Shown here: one piece after another, positions 21,306 to 33,100 of the stretch
How positions within the stretch are numbered: the first letter of the stretch is position 1
How the letters are laid out: each line of letters starts with the position of its first letter
Source of the DNA: Thecamonas trahens ATCC 50062
Lineage: Eukaryota; Protista; Apusomonadida
Length of the DNA stretch: 64,000 nt
NCBI RefSeq assembly: GCF_000142905.1
Contig: NW_013657651.1
Span: 186,001 to 250,000 of the forward strand
Direction of reading: 5' to 3'
The notes under the pieces: generated by a model
The model's input: the letters and a program-made list of their open reading frames with translations, nothing else
Databases searched by the model: none
Told to the model about the DNA's origin: nothing
Program-made: the position numbers and the translations under genes

Positions 21306-23090
21306 ATGACTCGGACCAGGTTCCTTCTGGACATACTCCATGCCCGAGTGTGTGGCATGGCGCCCAGCGGGCGAAGCGTACCTCCATTGGCAGCGCCGAC
21401 GACGACTGCGTCGCAAGCAGACCTTGCTGTCCCGGCGGGCTTTGCACTTGCTGGCGCGGATGGTCTTCCCTCGACACCAGATGACGTGGCGCGGATTCTG
21501 GCTGACTCGCTGATGAGGGATATGTCCGATGTGGTTGACGATGCCTGGTCTGTCCGTGGCTTTGTCAATCTGCGCCTCACAAACTCGGCTCTGTGGTCGG
21601 CCGTGGCGGGTCTTGGCGAGCGATCTGGTCTGGCTGCTGCTACGCAGAGCGGCGATGTCGGGTCTGCAGTGAGAGGACGGGTGCTGATTGATGCAGGCTC
21701 GCCAAACATGGGCAAGATTCTGCATGTAGGTCACATGCGGTCGTATATCTTTGGCGCTGCCCTGGAGGGCCTGCATCGTCTTGCCGGGGCGAATGCTGTC
21801 GACGTTGTCTCGCATGAGGGCGACTTTGGAACGCCGATGGGCATCACACTGGCCCAACTAGGCCCTGCGCCAGTGTTAAGGAAGCCAGGATCTGAGGATC
21901 GGGATGCTCTGGGAGCAGTCTCGCAGGCGTACGCCGACGGCAAGCGCCGGCTCGATGCGGGTGATGCTGCGTTTGGGGAGGCGGTGCAGGCGACAACGTT
22001 GAGGCTGCAGCACGCACTGGTAGCGCGTGCACGTCTCGCCGAGCTTGACACCAGCGAACGAGCACTGCTCACGGTGTACGACGAGGTATGTGGCGTCTCG
22101 CGCCGGGTCATCGACTCGTTGATGTCGACCCGCCTTGGTCTGGGATCGGAGAGGCGGCCCGAGTCGAGCTACGCAGCCATGCTCCCAGATCTCGTTGAGA
22201 AGCTCAAGCAGGTCGAGGGCGCACGTGAAGAAGACGGCGGAGGATGGGGCATCGAAACATCAGGATTTGCCGCGCCGTTTCTCTTTTCCAAGGCCAATGG
22301 TGGGTACCTCTACGCGACCACCGATGTGGCTGCGCTGGCGACGCGGCTGGCGGCGTCACCGCGCTACTCACGGATGGTGTACGTGACCGATGGCTCGCAG
22401 GCGCAGCACTTTGCGCAGCTGTTTGCCGTGAGCAGCAAGGCAAGCCAAGTGCTGGGCGGCAGCGTGGAGGGTCTCGAGCTTCGGCATGCTTCGTTTGGCA
22501 TGGTTCGGGCGTCGCCCGGAAGCGGCAAGCTCTCATCGCGCGCAGGGGTACAGTTTGAGTTTCAGCTAGAGGCGCTGCTAGATGCGGCTGAGAAAGCAGC
22601 GACAGCCTCGCTGCAGAGCGGTGACGATCCGCGGCGACTTGCTGTTGCTGCTCTCAAGTACTACGACTTGCTTCGGCCGCGCGGGTATGTGCTCGACTTT
22701 GACGACATGGTCAAGTCAACGGGCAAGACGGCTGTCTACGTACTGTACGCACGGGCGCGCGCTCTCTCACTGCTGGCAAAGGCAGAGCGTGAGCCTGTCA
22801 AGTTGTTTGACGGCGCGGCTCCTGCGCTGGATGGGCCAAGCCGGCAGCTTGCGCTTGCGCTTCTGGGAATGCCTGCAGCTGTTCGGAGTGCGGCAAGCGC
22901 TTGCGCGCCCCACACACTTGCGGGAGCACTGCACAACCTCGCGGGCGAGTTCCACACCTGGTACTCGGCTGTGCGGGTGGTGGGATCGGTACACGAGGCT
23001 GCTCTCCTCACGCTATGCCAAGCCACGGTGAGCGTCATTGACGCCGGGCTCGCCGGGCTCGGCATCGACCCGCGGGTCGACGGGCTTTAG
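21306..23090 (+). CDS. RARS2: Arginyl-tRNA synthetase (class I, probably mitochondrial)
   Basis: SPNMGKILHVGHMRS (HIGH), GDFG, GGYLYATTDVAA, VYVTDGSQAQHF, KLSSR, GKTAVYVLYARAR anticodon-domain motif. Confidence 0.9.
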   Translation: MTRTRFLLDILHARVCGMAPSGRSVPPLAAPTTTASQADLAVPAGFALAGADGLPSTPDDVARILADSLMRDMSDVVDDAWSVRGFVNLRLTNSALWSAVAGLGERSGLAAATQSGDVGSAVRGRVLIDAGSPNMGKILHVGHMRSYIFGAALEGLHRLAGANAVDVVSHEGDFGTPMGITLAQLGPAPVLRKPGSEDRDALGAVSQAYADGKRRLDAGDAAFGEAVQATTLRLQHALVARARLAELDTSERALLTVYDEVCGVSRRVIDSLMSTRLGLGSERRPESSYAAMLPDLVEKLKQVEGAREEDGGGWGIETSGFAAPFLFSKANGGYLYATTDVAALATRLAASPRYSRMVYVTDGSQAQHFAQLFAVSSKASQVLGGSVEGLELRHASFGMVRASPGSGKLSSRAGVQFEFQLEALLDAAEKAATASLQSGDDPRRLAVAALKYYDLLRPRGYVLDFDDMVKSTGKTAVYVLYARARALSLLAKAEREPVKLFDGAAPALDGPSRQLALALLGMPAAVRSAASACAPHTLAGALHNLAGEFHTWYSAVRVVGSVHEAALLTLCQATVSVIDAGLAGLGIDPRVDGL

Positions 23091-23108
23091 CGGCGCACAG
23101 GTGTGCGA

Positions 23109-25802
23109 CTATCGCTGCGAGGTCAATACAACCAACAGGCGTGACTCAAATGTGGTGACCGGCTCATCGTCATCGTTCTCGGGCGGGTGGACGACGTCAT
23201 GCGGCTCGAGGCCAAAGACGACCATCTTATCCGAGGTAGTGAAGCGAGCGGGCAGCGCAGGAAGTGGCCAGGCGGCGAGATGGCGAACCCGGTCGAGCGA
23301 CCAGAGCTTGAGCTCGGCCGGCGGCGGCGGGGCTGGTGCGCCCGGGGCAGATGAGGGGTTGACCACTTGGGGTGGCGCACCGACCGAGAGCATGTGCGAG
23401 CCATCAAAGACCACAGCCAGGACTGGGCCGCGCTTGAGGGCAAAGTAGTTGTGCGAGACAAGGCGCCGTGGCATGTCCCAGACCTTGACCATGCCGTCTG
23501 CAGAGGCTGTGGCAAGGGTGTCCAGCGGCTTTGAGATCAATGTCGAGCCCATAGGCAGTGCAAACGAGGTAAGCGACCGCTTGTGGGCCTGGATCTTGTG
23601 GAGGAGAGAGGCACCCGAGCGCGCGACGGACCAGACCGAGAGCTGACCGTCGATGGCCGAGGTGACGGCGCGAGTGCCTGCGACGGCAACGGCAGTGACA
23701 GCAGCACCAGTAGCACCCGAGAGAGTGACAATAAGGCGGACCTTGCCGGTCGACCACAGATGGACGGATCCGTCGCGAGCACCGGAGACCAGCGAGTGCG
23801 GATCCGAGGCGAGGGCGGTGACCGGCGATGCCAGCGAGATGAGCTGCAAGCACTCATGCTGCGGCGGCTCAGAGCAGGCCTGCCACACTCGCATCTGCGA
23901 GTTGTCGTAGGCAACAATGAGAACGTCGGTTGGCGAAACAGCCACAGACGAGAGCACGACTGCAGTGGCTTCGGCGCCGATGGCGGGGTACGAGTGCACA
24001 AGATCAAACGAGTGCTTCTTCTGGGTCGGCTCCGAACTCGATGTTGACTGAATGATGTGAGAGCGAACCTGCCACCAGAAGATGGCGCCGTCGCCGTCGC
24101 CAGCAACAAGACCATCACGAGTGGCGTGAAGCGCGGTGATGGCATGGGACGAGAGCGAAGACCAGTGGAGATCAAAGGCAATGTCCAGGGGATGGTCCAG
24201 GCCACGAAGACCAGCCAGCGCCGACCTGGGAGGCGGCGGTGGAGGCGGTGGTGGCGGCGGGGCAAGTGACAGCACCGAGCTAGATTGCACCGAGCTGTCA
24301 CCGGCATCGGTCACATCACGCGAGGTGGCGGATGTGGCGCGTGAGGCGGCAGAGCTGGCCTCGCTTTCAGAGTCGCTCGAGCTTGCGAGCAGAGCGTCAT
24401 CACTCTCGGTCTCGTCGGCGTCGGCAGAGGCAACCGAGTTTGAGACCGACGGCGGAATGACGTCGATGGAGGCGGTAGGGGCGGAGCTCTCGACGACCGG
24501 GATGGCGACATCGGTGACGTCGGAGGCGACCGAGCCTGTCTGCGAGCCTGCGGCAGACTCTGGAGAAGCAGCGGCGGCGGAAGCAGAAGCAGAAGCAGCC
24601 TTGCGCTCCAGCGTGGCAGTGATGGACGCGATGCGGGCATCGAGCTTGGTGGCGCGGGCTGCGGCGCGCGAGTTGAACGGGAGCGGAGTGACTGTGATCG
24701 CGAGCGAGATGGTAGCCGGCTTGCGCACAAGATCATCATGGAAGGGCACGTCAGCATGCCACCATGACAGGGGGACAATGTGGTTGGCCGAGGCGCGGGC
24801 CAGGGCGCTGACCGCCGGGAGCGGGAACGAAGTCGGCCCGCAGACTGGATACATGGTTTCATCGTCGGGATGCTGGATCTCGTAGACGGCGATGTAAATG
24901 TCATCGCGTGTGGCGGCGCGGGCGTCGACTAGAAACTCAACGGCACCAGAGGACGTAAAGTCGATTACGGCTGGCTCGATGACCTCATAGTCGGCGAGGA
25001 AGCCGCGTTGGTCGGCTCCGAGCGAGACGACAACCTGAAGCTCGCCAAAGACGTCTGTACCCATGGCAACGCCATGAAGCGTACTCGGCGTAACCATGAT
25101 TTGTAGAGCGGTGAGTTCCGGCCAGGCCTTGCGCTCCAGGAGGGCACGGGCGGAGATGAGGCGGGCGAGGCGGGTCTGGGTCTCCTCGTCGGCGTAGGCG
25201 GCGAGATGGCGCGGAAAGCCTGGTGGCGGAGCGCGCGACGGCGGCGCCACAGCAGCATAGGCCTCCGAGACCAGCTTTTCCGGAAACGCCCTCTGCTTTG
25301 TCCTCAACCACGCACGGGCTTTGACCGCCTTGGCCTTGCGGCGGCGAGCGAGCTTGTCCGCTGACGACTCGTGCGTGCGGCGTGAGTCTGGCAACGAGCG
25401 CGGGCGGCGGGCAGCAGACGGGCGCGATGGAGGGGCAGGCGGAGGGCGATGGCGGGGAGGCGGGACAGGCTCACGCCAGGGACGTGAGCGAGCAGGCCCG
25501 TCGATCTGCGGGACGACGTAGGCCGGGCCCTCGTCCGGGCTGGTGTCCACAAAGCGGAGAAAGGGCAGATCTGCGCCCATGTCTGCGCAGAGACTAGCCA
25601 CCGAGTCCTCGAGATCGGCAACCAGAGCCTTCCGCCGGGTGTGCTTGGCAGCCACGGCCGTCAGATTGGCGCGAGCACGGACGAGTCTCCGTATGCGAGC
25701 CGGATCCGCTGCCCGCAGCGCCGCCACCGAGCTGGCCACCGACCGCGAGCTGGCGGTTGACGTCGTGGAGCCACGACGTGTGTCGAGCCAGTGGGACGCC
25801 AT
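23109..25802 (-). CDS. WD40-repeat protein with N-terminal coiled-coil/C2-like region
   Basis: C-terminal WD repeats (LVSGARDGSVHLW, AVTSAIDGQLSVW, LATASADGMVKVWD) in an 897-aa ORF. Confidence 0.8.
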   Translation of the reverse strand: MASHWLDTRRGSTTSTASSRSVASSVAALRAADPARIRRLVRARANLTAVAAKHTRRKALVADLEDSVASLCADMGADLPFLRFVDTSPDEGPAYVVPQIDGPARSRPWREPVPPPRHRPPPAPPSRPSAARRPRSLPDSRRTHESSADKLARRRKAKAVKARAWLRTKQRAFPEKLVSEAYAAVAPPSRAPPPGFPRHLAAYADEETQTRLARLISARALLERKAWPELTALQIMVTPSTLHGVAMGTDVFGELQVVVSLGADQRGFLADYEVIEPAVIDFTSSGAVEFLVDARAATRDDIYIAVYEIQHPDDETMYPVCGPTSFPLPAVSALARASANHIVPLSWWHADVPFHDDLVRKPATISLAITVTPLPFNSRAAARATKLDARIASITATLERKAASASASAAAASPESAAGSQTGSVASDVTDVAIPVVESSAPTASIDVIPPSVSNSVASADADETESDDALLASSSDSESEASSAASRATSATSRDVTDAGDSSVQSSSVLSLAPPPPPPPPPPPRSALAGLRGLDHPLDIAFDLHWSSLSSHAITALHATRDGLVAGDGDGAIFWWQVRSHIIQSTSSSEPTQKKHSFDLVHSYPAIGAEATAVVLSSVAVSPTDVLIVAYDNSQMRVWQACSEPPQHECLQLISLASPVTALASDPHSLVSGARDGSVHLWSTGKVRLIVTLSGATGAAVTAVAVAGTRAVTSAIDGQLSVWSVARSGASLLHKIQAHKRSLTSFALPMGSTLISKPLDTLATASADGMVKVWDMPRRLVSHNYFALKRGPVLAVVFDGSHMLSVGAPPQVVNPSSAPGAPAPPPPAELKLWSLDRVRHLAAWPLPALPARFTTSDKMVVFGLEPHDVVHPPENDDDEPVTTFESRLLVVLTSQR

Positions 25803-26144
25803 AGTGTGGCAGGTCTGTGTGTGTGTGTGGAGATAGAGAGAGAGAGAGAGAGTGTGTGTGTGTGTGGGGGAGGTGGAGTGTGTGGAGAGTGTGTGTGTGG
25901 TGTGAGGTGTTTGACTGTGGCTGTGGTGCGTGTCCGTGGGTGGCCGAGAGCTGGCGCGGCCAGTCGGCGGGCGGCTGGCAGCGGGCAGCCCCCCCCCCCC
26001 CTACCCCCCTCCCCCTCCCTTCCGACACCATTCGTTTCGGTCATGAATGTTCGCCCCCTCCCTCCGTCCCCTCCCCCCCCCTCCCCCCGCCCCCCCCCCC
26101 CACGCCCACGCCACACACACCCCACTACCCATCTCACAAATAGC

Positions 26145-27473
26145 ATGAAACGGGTGGTGGTGACGGGACTTGGAGCGGTGACACCCTTTGGAATGGGCGC
26201 CATGACGCTGTGGGAGGGTCTGGCTTCGGGTGCGTCGGCGACACGGTCGCCGGCATCGGTGGCTGCCCTCACTCCTTCGGCACCGACTCACTGCACGGCT
26301 GTCGATCATCCGCCACCGCTGCCGATGGTTTCGGCGGTGGCTCCGGCTGACGTGCCCTTTGCTGATCTGGTGGCCTCGCTTGATAGGGCCACTGCTGCCC
26401 GCTCGTCGCGCTTTATCCATCTGGCCGCCGCAGCCGCCGCAGAGGCTCTGGAGGATGCCGAGTGGGCACCGGCTGGGACCAAGGCTGCGCTGCGGACAGG
26501 GGTGGCTCTCGGCTCGGGCATGGGCTCGATGGCAGACATCCACGATGGGACTCTGGCTTTGGTCGATCCCGAGCGCGGGCCGCGGCGAATCTCGCCGTTC
26601 TTTGTCCCGCGGATTCTGGTCAACCTGGCGGCGGGTACCGTCTCGATCGCCCACGGTCTGCAGGGCCCGAACCACGCGGTGGCGACGGCGTGTGCCACTG
26701 GTGCGCACTCGATCGGCGACGCGGCAAACTTTATTGCGCTCGGCTACGCCGACGTCATGGTGGCCGGCTCATCCGAGGCTGCGCTCGACCCTCTGGCGCT
26801 CACCGGCTTTGCCCGGGCCAAGGCGCTGTCGACAGCGTGGGCGCGGACGCCCGAAGTGGCGTCCCGGCCATTTGACCAGCTGCGAGATGGGTTTGTCATG
26901 GGTGAGGGCGCCGGCGTGCTCGTTCTGGAAGAGCGTGAGCACGCGATTGCCCGTGGCGCCCACATCTACGCCGAGCTCCAGGGCTATGGTCTGACGGGTG
27001 ACGCACACCACACGACGGCGCCGGCGCCCGATGGGCGCGGGGCGCTGCGGGCCATGCGGATGGCGCTGCGGAGGGCGCGGGTTCCGGTCGAAGAGCTCGA
27101 CTACATCAACGCGCACGCAACGTCGACTTCGCTTGGTGACGCGGTCGAGTACTCGGCTATCCACAAGCTGCTCTCGGATGCCGAGGCGAGCGAGCCGCTC
27201 CTGGTCTCGTCGTCCAAGGGCGCGATCGGGCACCTGCTCGGAGCCTCGGGTTCAGTGGAGGCACTCATCACGGTCCTTGCGCTCCACCACGGGGTGGCGC
27301 CGGTCAACACCAACCTCGAGAACATCGACGCGGCGCTCGACTCCGAGCTGGTCGAACTCGTCCAGCACAAGTCTCGCAAGGCTGAGCTCACCTACGCACT
27401 CTCCAACTCGTTTGGCTTTGGCGGGACCAACGTCTCACTCTGCTTTGCTTCGGGGCCTGCGGCTGTCGAATGA
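26145..27473 (+). CDS. OXSM: 3-oxoacyl-[ACP] synthase II, mitochondrial (FabF/CEM1 type)
   Basis: MKRVVVTGLGAVTP, TACATG (catalytic Cys), YINAHATST, SSSKGAIGHLLGA, SNSFGFGGTN. Confidence 0.95.
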   Translation: MKRVVVTGLGAVTPFGMGAMTLWEGLASGASATRSPASVAALTPSAPTHCTAVDHPPPLPMVSAVAPADVPFADLVASLDRATAARSSRFIHLAAAAAAEALEDAEWAPAGTKAALRTGVALGSGMGSMADIHDGTLALVDPERGPRRISPFFVPRILVNLAAGTVSIAHGLQGPNHAVATACATGAHSIGDAANFIALGYADVMVAGSSEAALDPLALTGFARAKALSTAWARTPEVASRPFDQLRDGFVMGEGAGVLVLEEREHAIARGAHIYAELQGYGLTGDAHHTTAPAPDGRGALRAMRMALRRARVPVEELDYINAHATSTSLGDAVEYSAIHKLLSDAEASEPLLVSSSKGAIGHLLGASGSVEALITVLALHHGVAPVNTNLENIDAALDSELVELVQHKSRKAELTYALSNSFGFGGTNVSLCFASGPAAVE

Positions 27474-27488
27474 TGATGACGAGGCTAC

Positions 27489-29865
27489 TCACTCGTCCGA
27501 GTCCGAGTCCGAGTCGACGTCGTCGTCGAGGCGCGAGGGCCGGCTGCGGTAGCCGCCGGGCGACATGAAGAGGTGCAGCGGCGAGAGCGGCTGCTGGCCG
27601 GCAAGGCCGTATGCAAACGGCGAGCCAAAGCCGGCGCCAAACATGCCGGCCGGCCGCGGCCGGGTCATCGGCGACGAGAGCCACGGCGCCGGGTACGAGA
27701 GTCCGCCACCGACTCCGATCATCGAGTCGTTGCCGGTGTAGGCTGCGGTCGACGGGCCGGTGTACGAGTTGGCGGTGGCAGACACAGCCGGCGAGCCAGC
27801 GAGCGCGGCGGCCTGGGCGGCGTACTTGTCGAGGACGACCCGGCGCTTGGTCTTGAATGAAGCGGTGAGCTCCCGCTTGGCGACCGAGAACGGCGCCGGG
27901 GCAAAGGTCCAGCGGGCGACGGCGCAGCCAGCATTGTCGAGGCTGTCGTTGTAGGCGCGGACGGCGCGGTCGACAAGGGCCTTAACCCGGGCGTCAGCGG
28001 CGACGTCGGTGACGGCGTCCGAGACCAGATCGATGCCGTGCGACTCGAGAATGGCGTGGGTGTGGAGCGAGATGTCACGCGACGGCGGGCCGGAGCCCTC
28101 GGACTCGGATTTGAGGGTGACAAAGGCGCAGAGCGCGTCACGGTGCGAGCCAAAGACAAGCACGTCGGCGACAATGGGGAGCTGGGCCTTGAGCAGGGCC
28201 TCGACTGGCGCAGGCGCGACAAAGTTGTCCTCACCAACCTTGATCATGTCGCTCTTGGTTCCGTGGACAAAGACGTAGCCGTCATCCATGCGGCCGACGT
28301 CGCCCGTGACAAAGAAGCCCGAGTCGAGGACACGCCGCCGCGACGACGACTCGTCCTTAAAGTAACCCTTGAAGACGGTACGGCCCGAGACAGCAAGCAC
28401 ACCGTCGCCGTCGGCGTTCTCGTCCGCGAGCGCAATCGTTGTCGTGCCGAGCGGAATGCCGACCGAGACCAGCGGCGAGAGCTCTGACGAGATAGCGGCG
28501 ACGCCCGAAGTCTCGGCCGTTCCGTAAATCTGCACAATATACACGCCTGCGGCAGCAAAGTACTCAGTGATGTGCGGCGGGAGAAAGCCACCCGACGACG
28601 CCGCGTAGCGGCACCGGTCGAGGCCCAGCACCGAGGCTTCAACCTCGGTCGGCGCCGCCAGGCACGCGCGAGCGAGATCCTCCCACACCCGCGGGTACCC
28701 GTTAAAAACGTCGGCCGCACGTCCTGCAGAACAGGAAGGATGGCCGACGACGCCGCATCGTCCGGCCCGAACCACACCACCGCGCCGGTGACGAGCGAGG
28801 AGAAGATGTCAAAGACGGCGTTGGCCACCAGAGCCAGCGACATGTACGACACCACATGATCGTCGCCCGTCGGGCCAGCACCGCACCCAGGCCCTGTGCC
28901 GCATACGCCAGGTTGTCGTGCGAGAGCATAGCCGCCTTGGGCGTACCGGTCGTCCCCGACGTGTACGCCAGCATGGCCGTCCAGCCAGGCTCGACCTTGC
29001 TCGACCGGCGCTCGACAAGCGCGTTTGAGATCGAGTGCGCTCCAAGAGTGAGGAACGTGGCCCACGACCAGACCTGGAACGGCTTGTGGGCAACGGTCTC
29101 GCCAGCCTCAAACGACGCGTCCGGATCCTGGGCCACCGCCAGCGGGAGTGCAGGCGGAGCGGCAGGCAGCGAGCCCCGGCGGGCCTCGGCCACCTCGCCG
29201 TTAAAGACCACCACGCCCTCGACAAAGTCCGACGCGCCAGGCGTCGACTTGATCTTGGCCAGCTCGGCCTCGTCGTGGACAAAGACAAACCGTGGCGCGG
29301 CGTGCTTGACCTGCCAGTGGAGCGAGGCGAGGTCGGCGTCCTCAAACAGGCCGACAGCCACACCACCCAGCGAGGTAACCGCCAGCAGCGTCGCAGCCCA
29401 CTCGAGCGAGTTGGCGCCAGAATGCCCACCACATCGCCAGTCTCCAGCCCAGCAAAGACCAGCGACTTTGAGAGCGAGCGGACAAGGTGACCAGCCTCGG
29501 CCCACGTCGTGGTCACCCACTCGCCATTGGCTCCCACACTGCCATACGCCACCTACACCTCCACACACCCACACCCATACCCGGTACACACCATGCACAT
29601 CCTCTTTAGTAAGTCCTACATCTCTCCACCCATCACTATGCCCCACACCAGCCCCTATCCGCTAGCCCCTGTTCGCCACCCCATGTTGGTTTTTTGGCCC
29701 GCTGCGGCCCCCCCCCCGCACAAGCATGACATGGAGACATACAGCATCAGCACTGGCTTCGAGGCGGGAATCAAGGAGATTGTTGAGGGTGGTGGCTGGA
29801 AAGTCGCCGTCCTCCACAGGAACAGCCACGCTAGTCTCGAGCTCGGTCACGAACGACTCGTTCAT
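27489..29865 (-). CDS. ACSBG: Long-chain acyl-CoA synthetase (bubblegum/ACSBG type); exons 29865-29743 and 29552-27489 with three frameshifts (~29415, ~28875, ~28705)
   Basis: YTSGTTGTPKAAMLSHDN, VSYMSL, GYPRVWE, YGTAETSG, TGDVG, ELTASFKTKR are distributed over overlapping ORFs. The intron has a GTATGT donor, a TACTAAA branch-like site and a TAG acceptor. Confidence 0.88.
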
Positions 29866-29916
29866 GTTCGGTGGTGCAATATGATGCGATGGCGTCGGGT
29901 GGTCAAGCCTGCCTTT

Positions 29917-29990
29917 GGTTGGCCCGGTTGGCCGGTTGGCCGGTTGGCCGACAGGCGGCTGGCGGCTGGCGGCTGGCGCTGGCGGCTGGT
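29917..29990. repeat. Short tandem repeats (GGTTGGCC)n and (GGCTGGC)n upstream of ACSBG
   Basis: Direct observation. Confidence 0.8.
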
Positions 29991-30126
29991 GGTGGGCGAC
30001 TGTCTGCCTTGGGTCTGCCTTCAGCCGTGGCGATGAGGGGGGGATAATACAGTCGGTGCAGTATGGTGCGATGCGCATAGCTTTATGTGGTGGGTCGATG
30101 TTGCGAGCCATGTCACGGACACGTGA

Positions 30127-33100
30127 TTACAAGGGCATTTCTAGATCAAAGTCCATCTCGTACGCCCTCATCAGCGGAACAACACGCTGCTGCCAGAGCT
30201 CTGTCGCGAGCTGGTAGTCGCTGTTGGTGATGGCTCTCTCGGTGTACGCTAGAGACCCGGCAATGATTGCCCGGACCGTGTCGAACCGCGAGTTGGTAAA
30301 CGTCGGCGGAGGCCTCGCCCGCCATGCCTCAATCTGCTCGTTGATGGCAGCCAGAAGTGATGGGCTCGGCCGCGCGCTTGCCGCAGCCATCGTCAGGTGT
30401 CGACTCAGCTCTGCGGCGTCGGCTATAACCCGCTCAAACTGGGCATTTTCGTCAGCGTCGACCACCGGCGGTGGCTGATCCTCGTCATCCAGCCGACCAT
30501 CCTTGAGCAGGTCGCCGATGTGCTCTAGTGCCGCGGCCAGAGGCCGCCCATCGGAGGAGAAACCGCCCAGGCCAAGCGCTGTCAAGTTGTCCAACAGCTT
30601 GTCTGTGGACACCAGCTTGTCTTCGCCCTCCCTGGCACCAACATGTCCCATACCAGGCGGCGAAGCTCGACGTGAATCACCATCTTGCGCCTGATCCGCA
30701 CCACGTCCCAAACCACCAGGCTTGCTGCCATTGCGCCAAGCATCACAGCTGCAGCTCTCTGAGCTTTGTCCGTCATCTGCCAGCCAAACCATTCGTCCAT
30801 GTCAGCGACTGCGATGAAGGCCAGGGTCGCGGCGATGAACGCCAACTCGATGAGCTTGAGGTGCGGCGCCCGGCCACTGTCGCTTGTCCGAACCGCCACA
30901 TAGCTTCCATACGCCGCTATCAGAGCCACGCAACCCTGCATCCGCAGCCAGGAGTCATTGATTGTTGCCATCAATGCAACCAGTGCCAACTCGTATGCCG
31001 TTCGGATGCTCTGCTGCAGTTGCCGGCGACCGCGATGGATTGCAAGGAGGCCCCAGGTGACCACGCACGCTGCTGCCACCGCTGCTCCTTCGCTGTGCGG
31101 CCAGCCTCCACTCGCATGAGCCACCAGACCGGATCCGAGGCTAACAGGAAGAAAGGTTCCCACCAGCGGCAGAGCTTGAGCCATGATGCCTGGTCCAAGC
31201 GCAGGCCTGGGCGCCGGTACGCTGGCCAACTCGTCACTGCTGGTACTGGCATCGTCGTCCGACCCGTCGCGTATCGGCTCGCTACCGGCAAGCCCTACCG
31301 CGGCATGGACAGCCACAGCGACTACTGCAGCCGCTGGCGTCGACATCATCGAAGCTGCTGTCGCCGCGTCGGCAACTGTCCACTCCAGGGGCATACTGCA
31401 TTGCAGTTGATCGAGTGCCGCGAGGAGCAGAGGCGACGGCGACGCCGCCGTCGCGTGAGTCAGCGCCACATGGATTGCCGCCACGGCAGCCGGTGTGTAC
31501 AACAGAACATGGCTCGGTGTCCAGGATCCAGCCAGTGCTAGCAGCACAGCAGTGATTACGAACATACATCCGGCCACATACGGGGCTAGTCGGATCCACG
31601 TCGCGCACTTACCGCAGGTTCCTAGTTCTCCAGTCGGGTAAAAGCCCGGCGCGCACTCGGGACGGATCTCGATCGTGGCACTCCCAGCACGCACGCCGTC
31701 GACTCGGACCTCAACAGGATAACGTCCAGCTGTGACAATACGCAGCACTATGTCAAGAGCACCAGATGCTGCGCGTGAGCTACGCGTGATGCTCAGGTGA
31801 CTCCCGCTGGTTGTGTCGATGACGGCGATCGCGGCCGATGACGCCGGGACTGGCAGACCATCGCGCGACCAGGCCTGCAGACTAAAGCGCAGCGCCTCGC
31901 CTGCAAAGCCCGAAACAACAGGAGCAAGCGTCACGTTGGCCGTGGAAATGGTCCGAACTTGAATGATCAACAGCGCTATGTCGAGCCCATGCCGCGATCC
32001 AATGAGCACGCACTCGCTGTCGGCTTTGCCGGCCGTGACTCGCCTCTCGTCCACGCGACAGCCAGCGGCGGGGGTGGTGGGGAGCAGCGCCACGGCTTCC
32101 ACCCTGGGAGACATCGTCATACCCAGACTCGATTGCGCGCGCATTACTGCTTGCCTTGTTGGGCTGTTGGTGACCGGAATCGCACCCGGTACCTTCAGCT
32201 CGTCGTGCGCGTTGCCGATGTAACCCACGTTCACATCCAGCGCGACTGCACTGGCACCAGCGTATGCAATCACCTGCTTTGGCCCTGGGCTTGGAAACAC
32301 CACACCGGCCGAGCTGACAATTGCATCGACCGGATAGCTCCAATTTGCTGCTACCGGGCTCGCATCAAAGATGTGCGGCGAGAACGGCGAGGCGGGCGGA
32401 CGCGCTGCGTGGGTGATGGCCTGCAGGAGCGCGACCTCGCACGGGTTAGCAGCGTAGGGTGCAACGTCGATCGCAGCCCCCTTTCCCCGGGTGCAAAGTG
32501 TACAACGTGGGCTTTGGCGCCGTGTGCGCCTCGTCCACTGTCCCCGCCGCGTCCGCCACGTCCGCCTGGGAATTGCACCACGGTCGGCTCGGCAGCCATG
32601 CCGCCTGCCCCCGGGGCACCGGCCCGGCCGGCCTGGACACGTCCAAACGAGAGCAGACTCAGCTCACCGATCGGGCCTCGGATGACCAGCGCCGCTGCAG
32701 ATCCACCAGGTCCAGAGCCGACCGTGGCTGGAAGCCCGCCATGCGATCCGCACCCCAGCTGGTCCTCATCGATCACACCACCGGTGACACAAGTGATCCG
32801 TCCAAAGTAGCTGGCGCGTCCGCGATATGCGCCCGAGTGGGCTCCGCCCCGCCCGCCTCCGCCATGACCGCGTGATCCTGCACCGCCAGTCCACGGTGCA
32901 AGAGCTGCCATCGACGTGGTGAGTGGATCAAGCCAGGGCACCTGCCCCAGGCGGCTCTCGCCGTCCTGTCCGGGCTCGCCGTCGCGGGCCGGGATGACCG
33001 GCTGTGCGACTTCGGCCGAGCTGCCGCTCATCGTCGCTCCGGGCCCGCCGATGTCTCTTGCGTCGAGTGGTGATGTGCTCTCACCATCTCCGGCTGCCAT

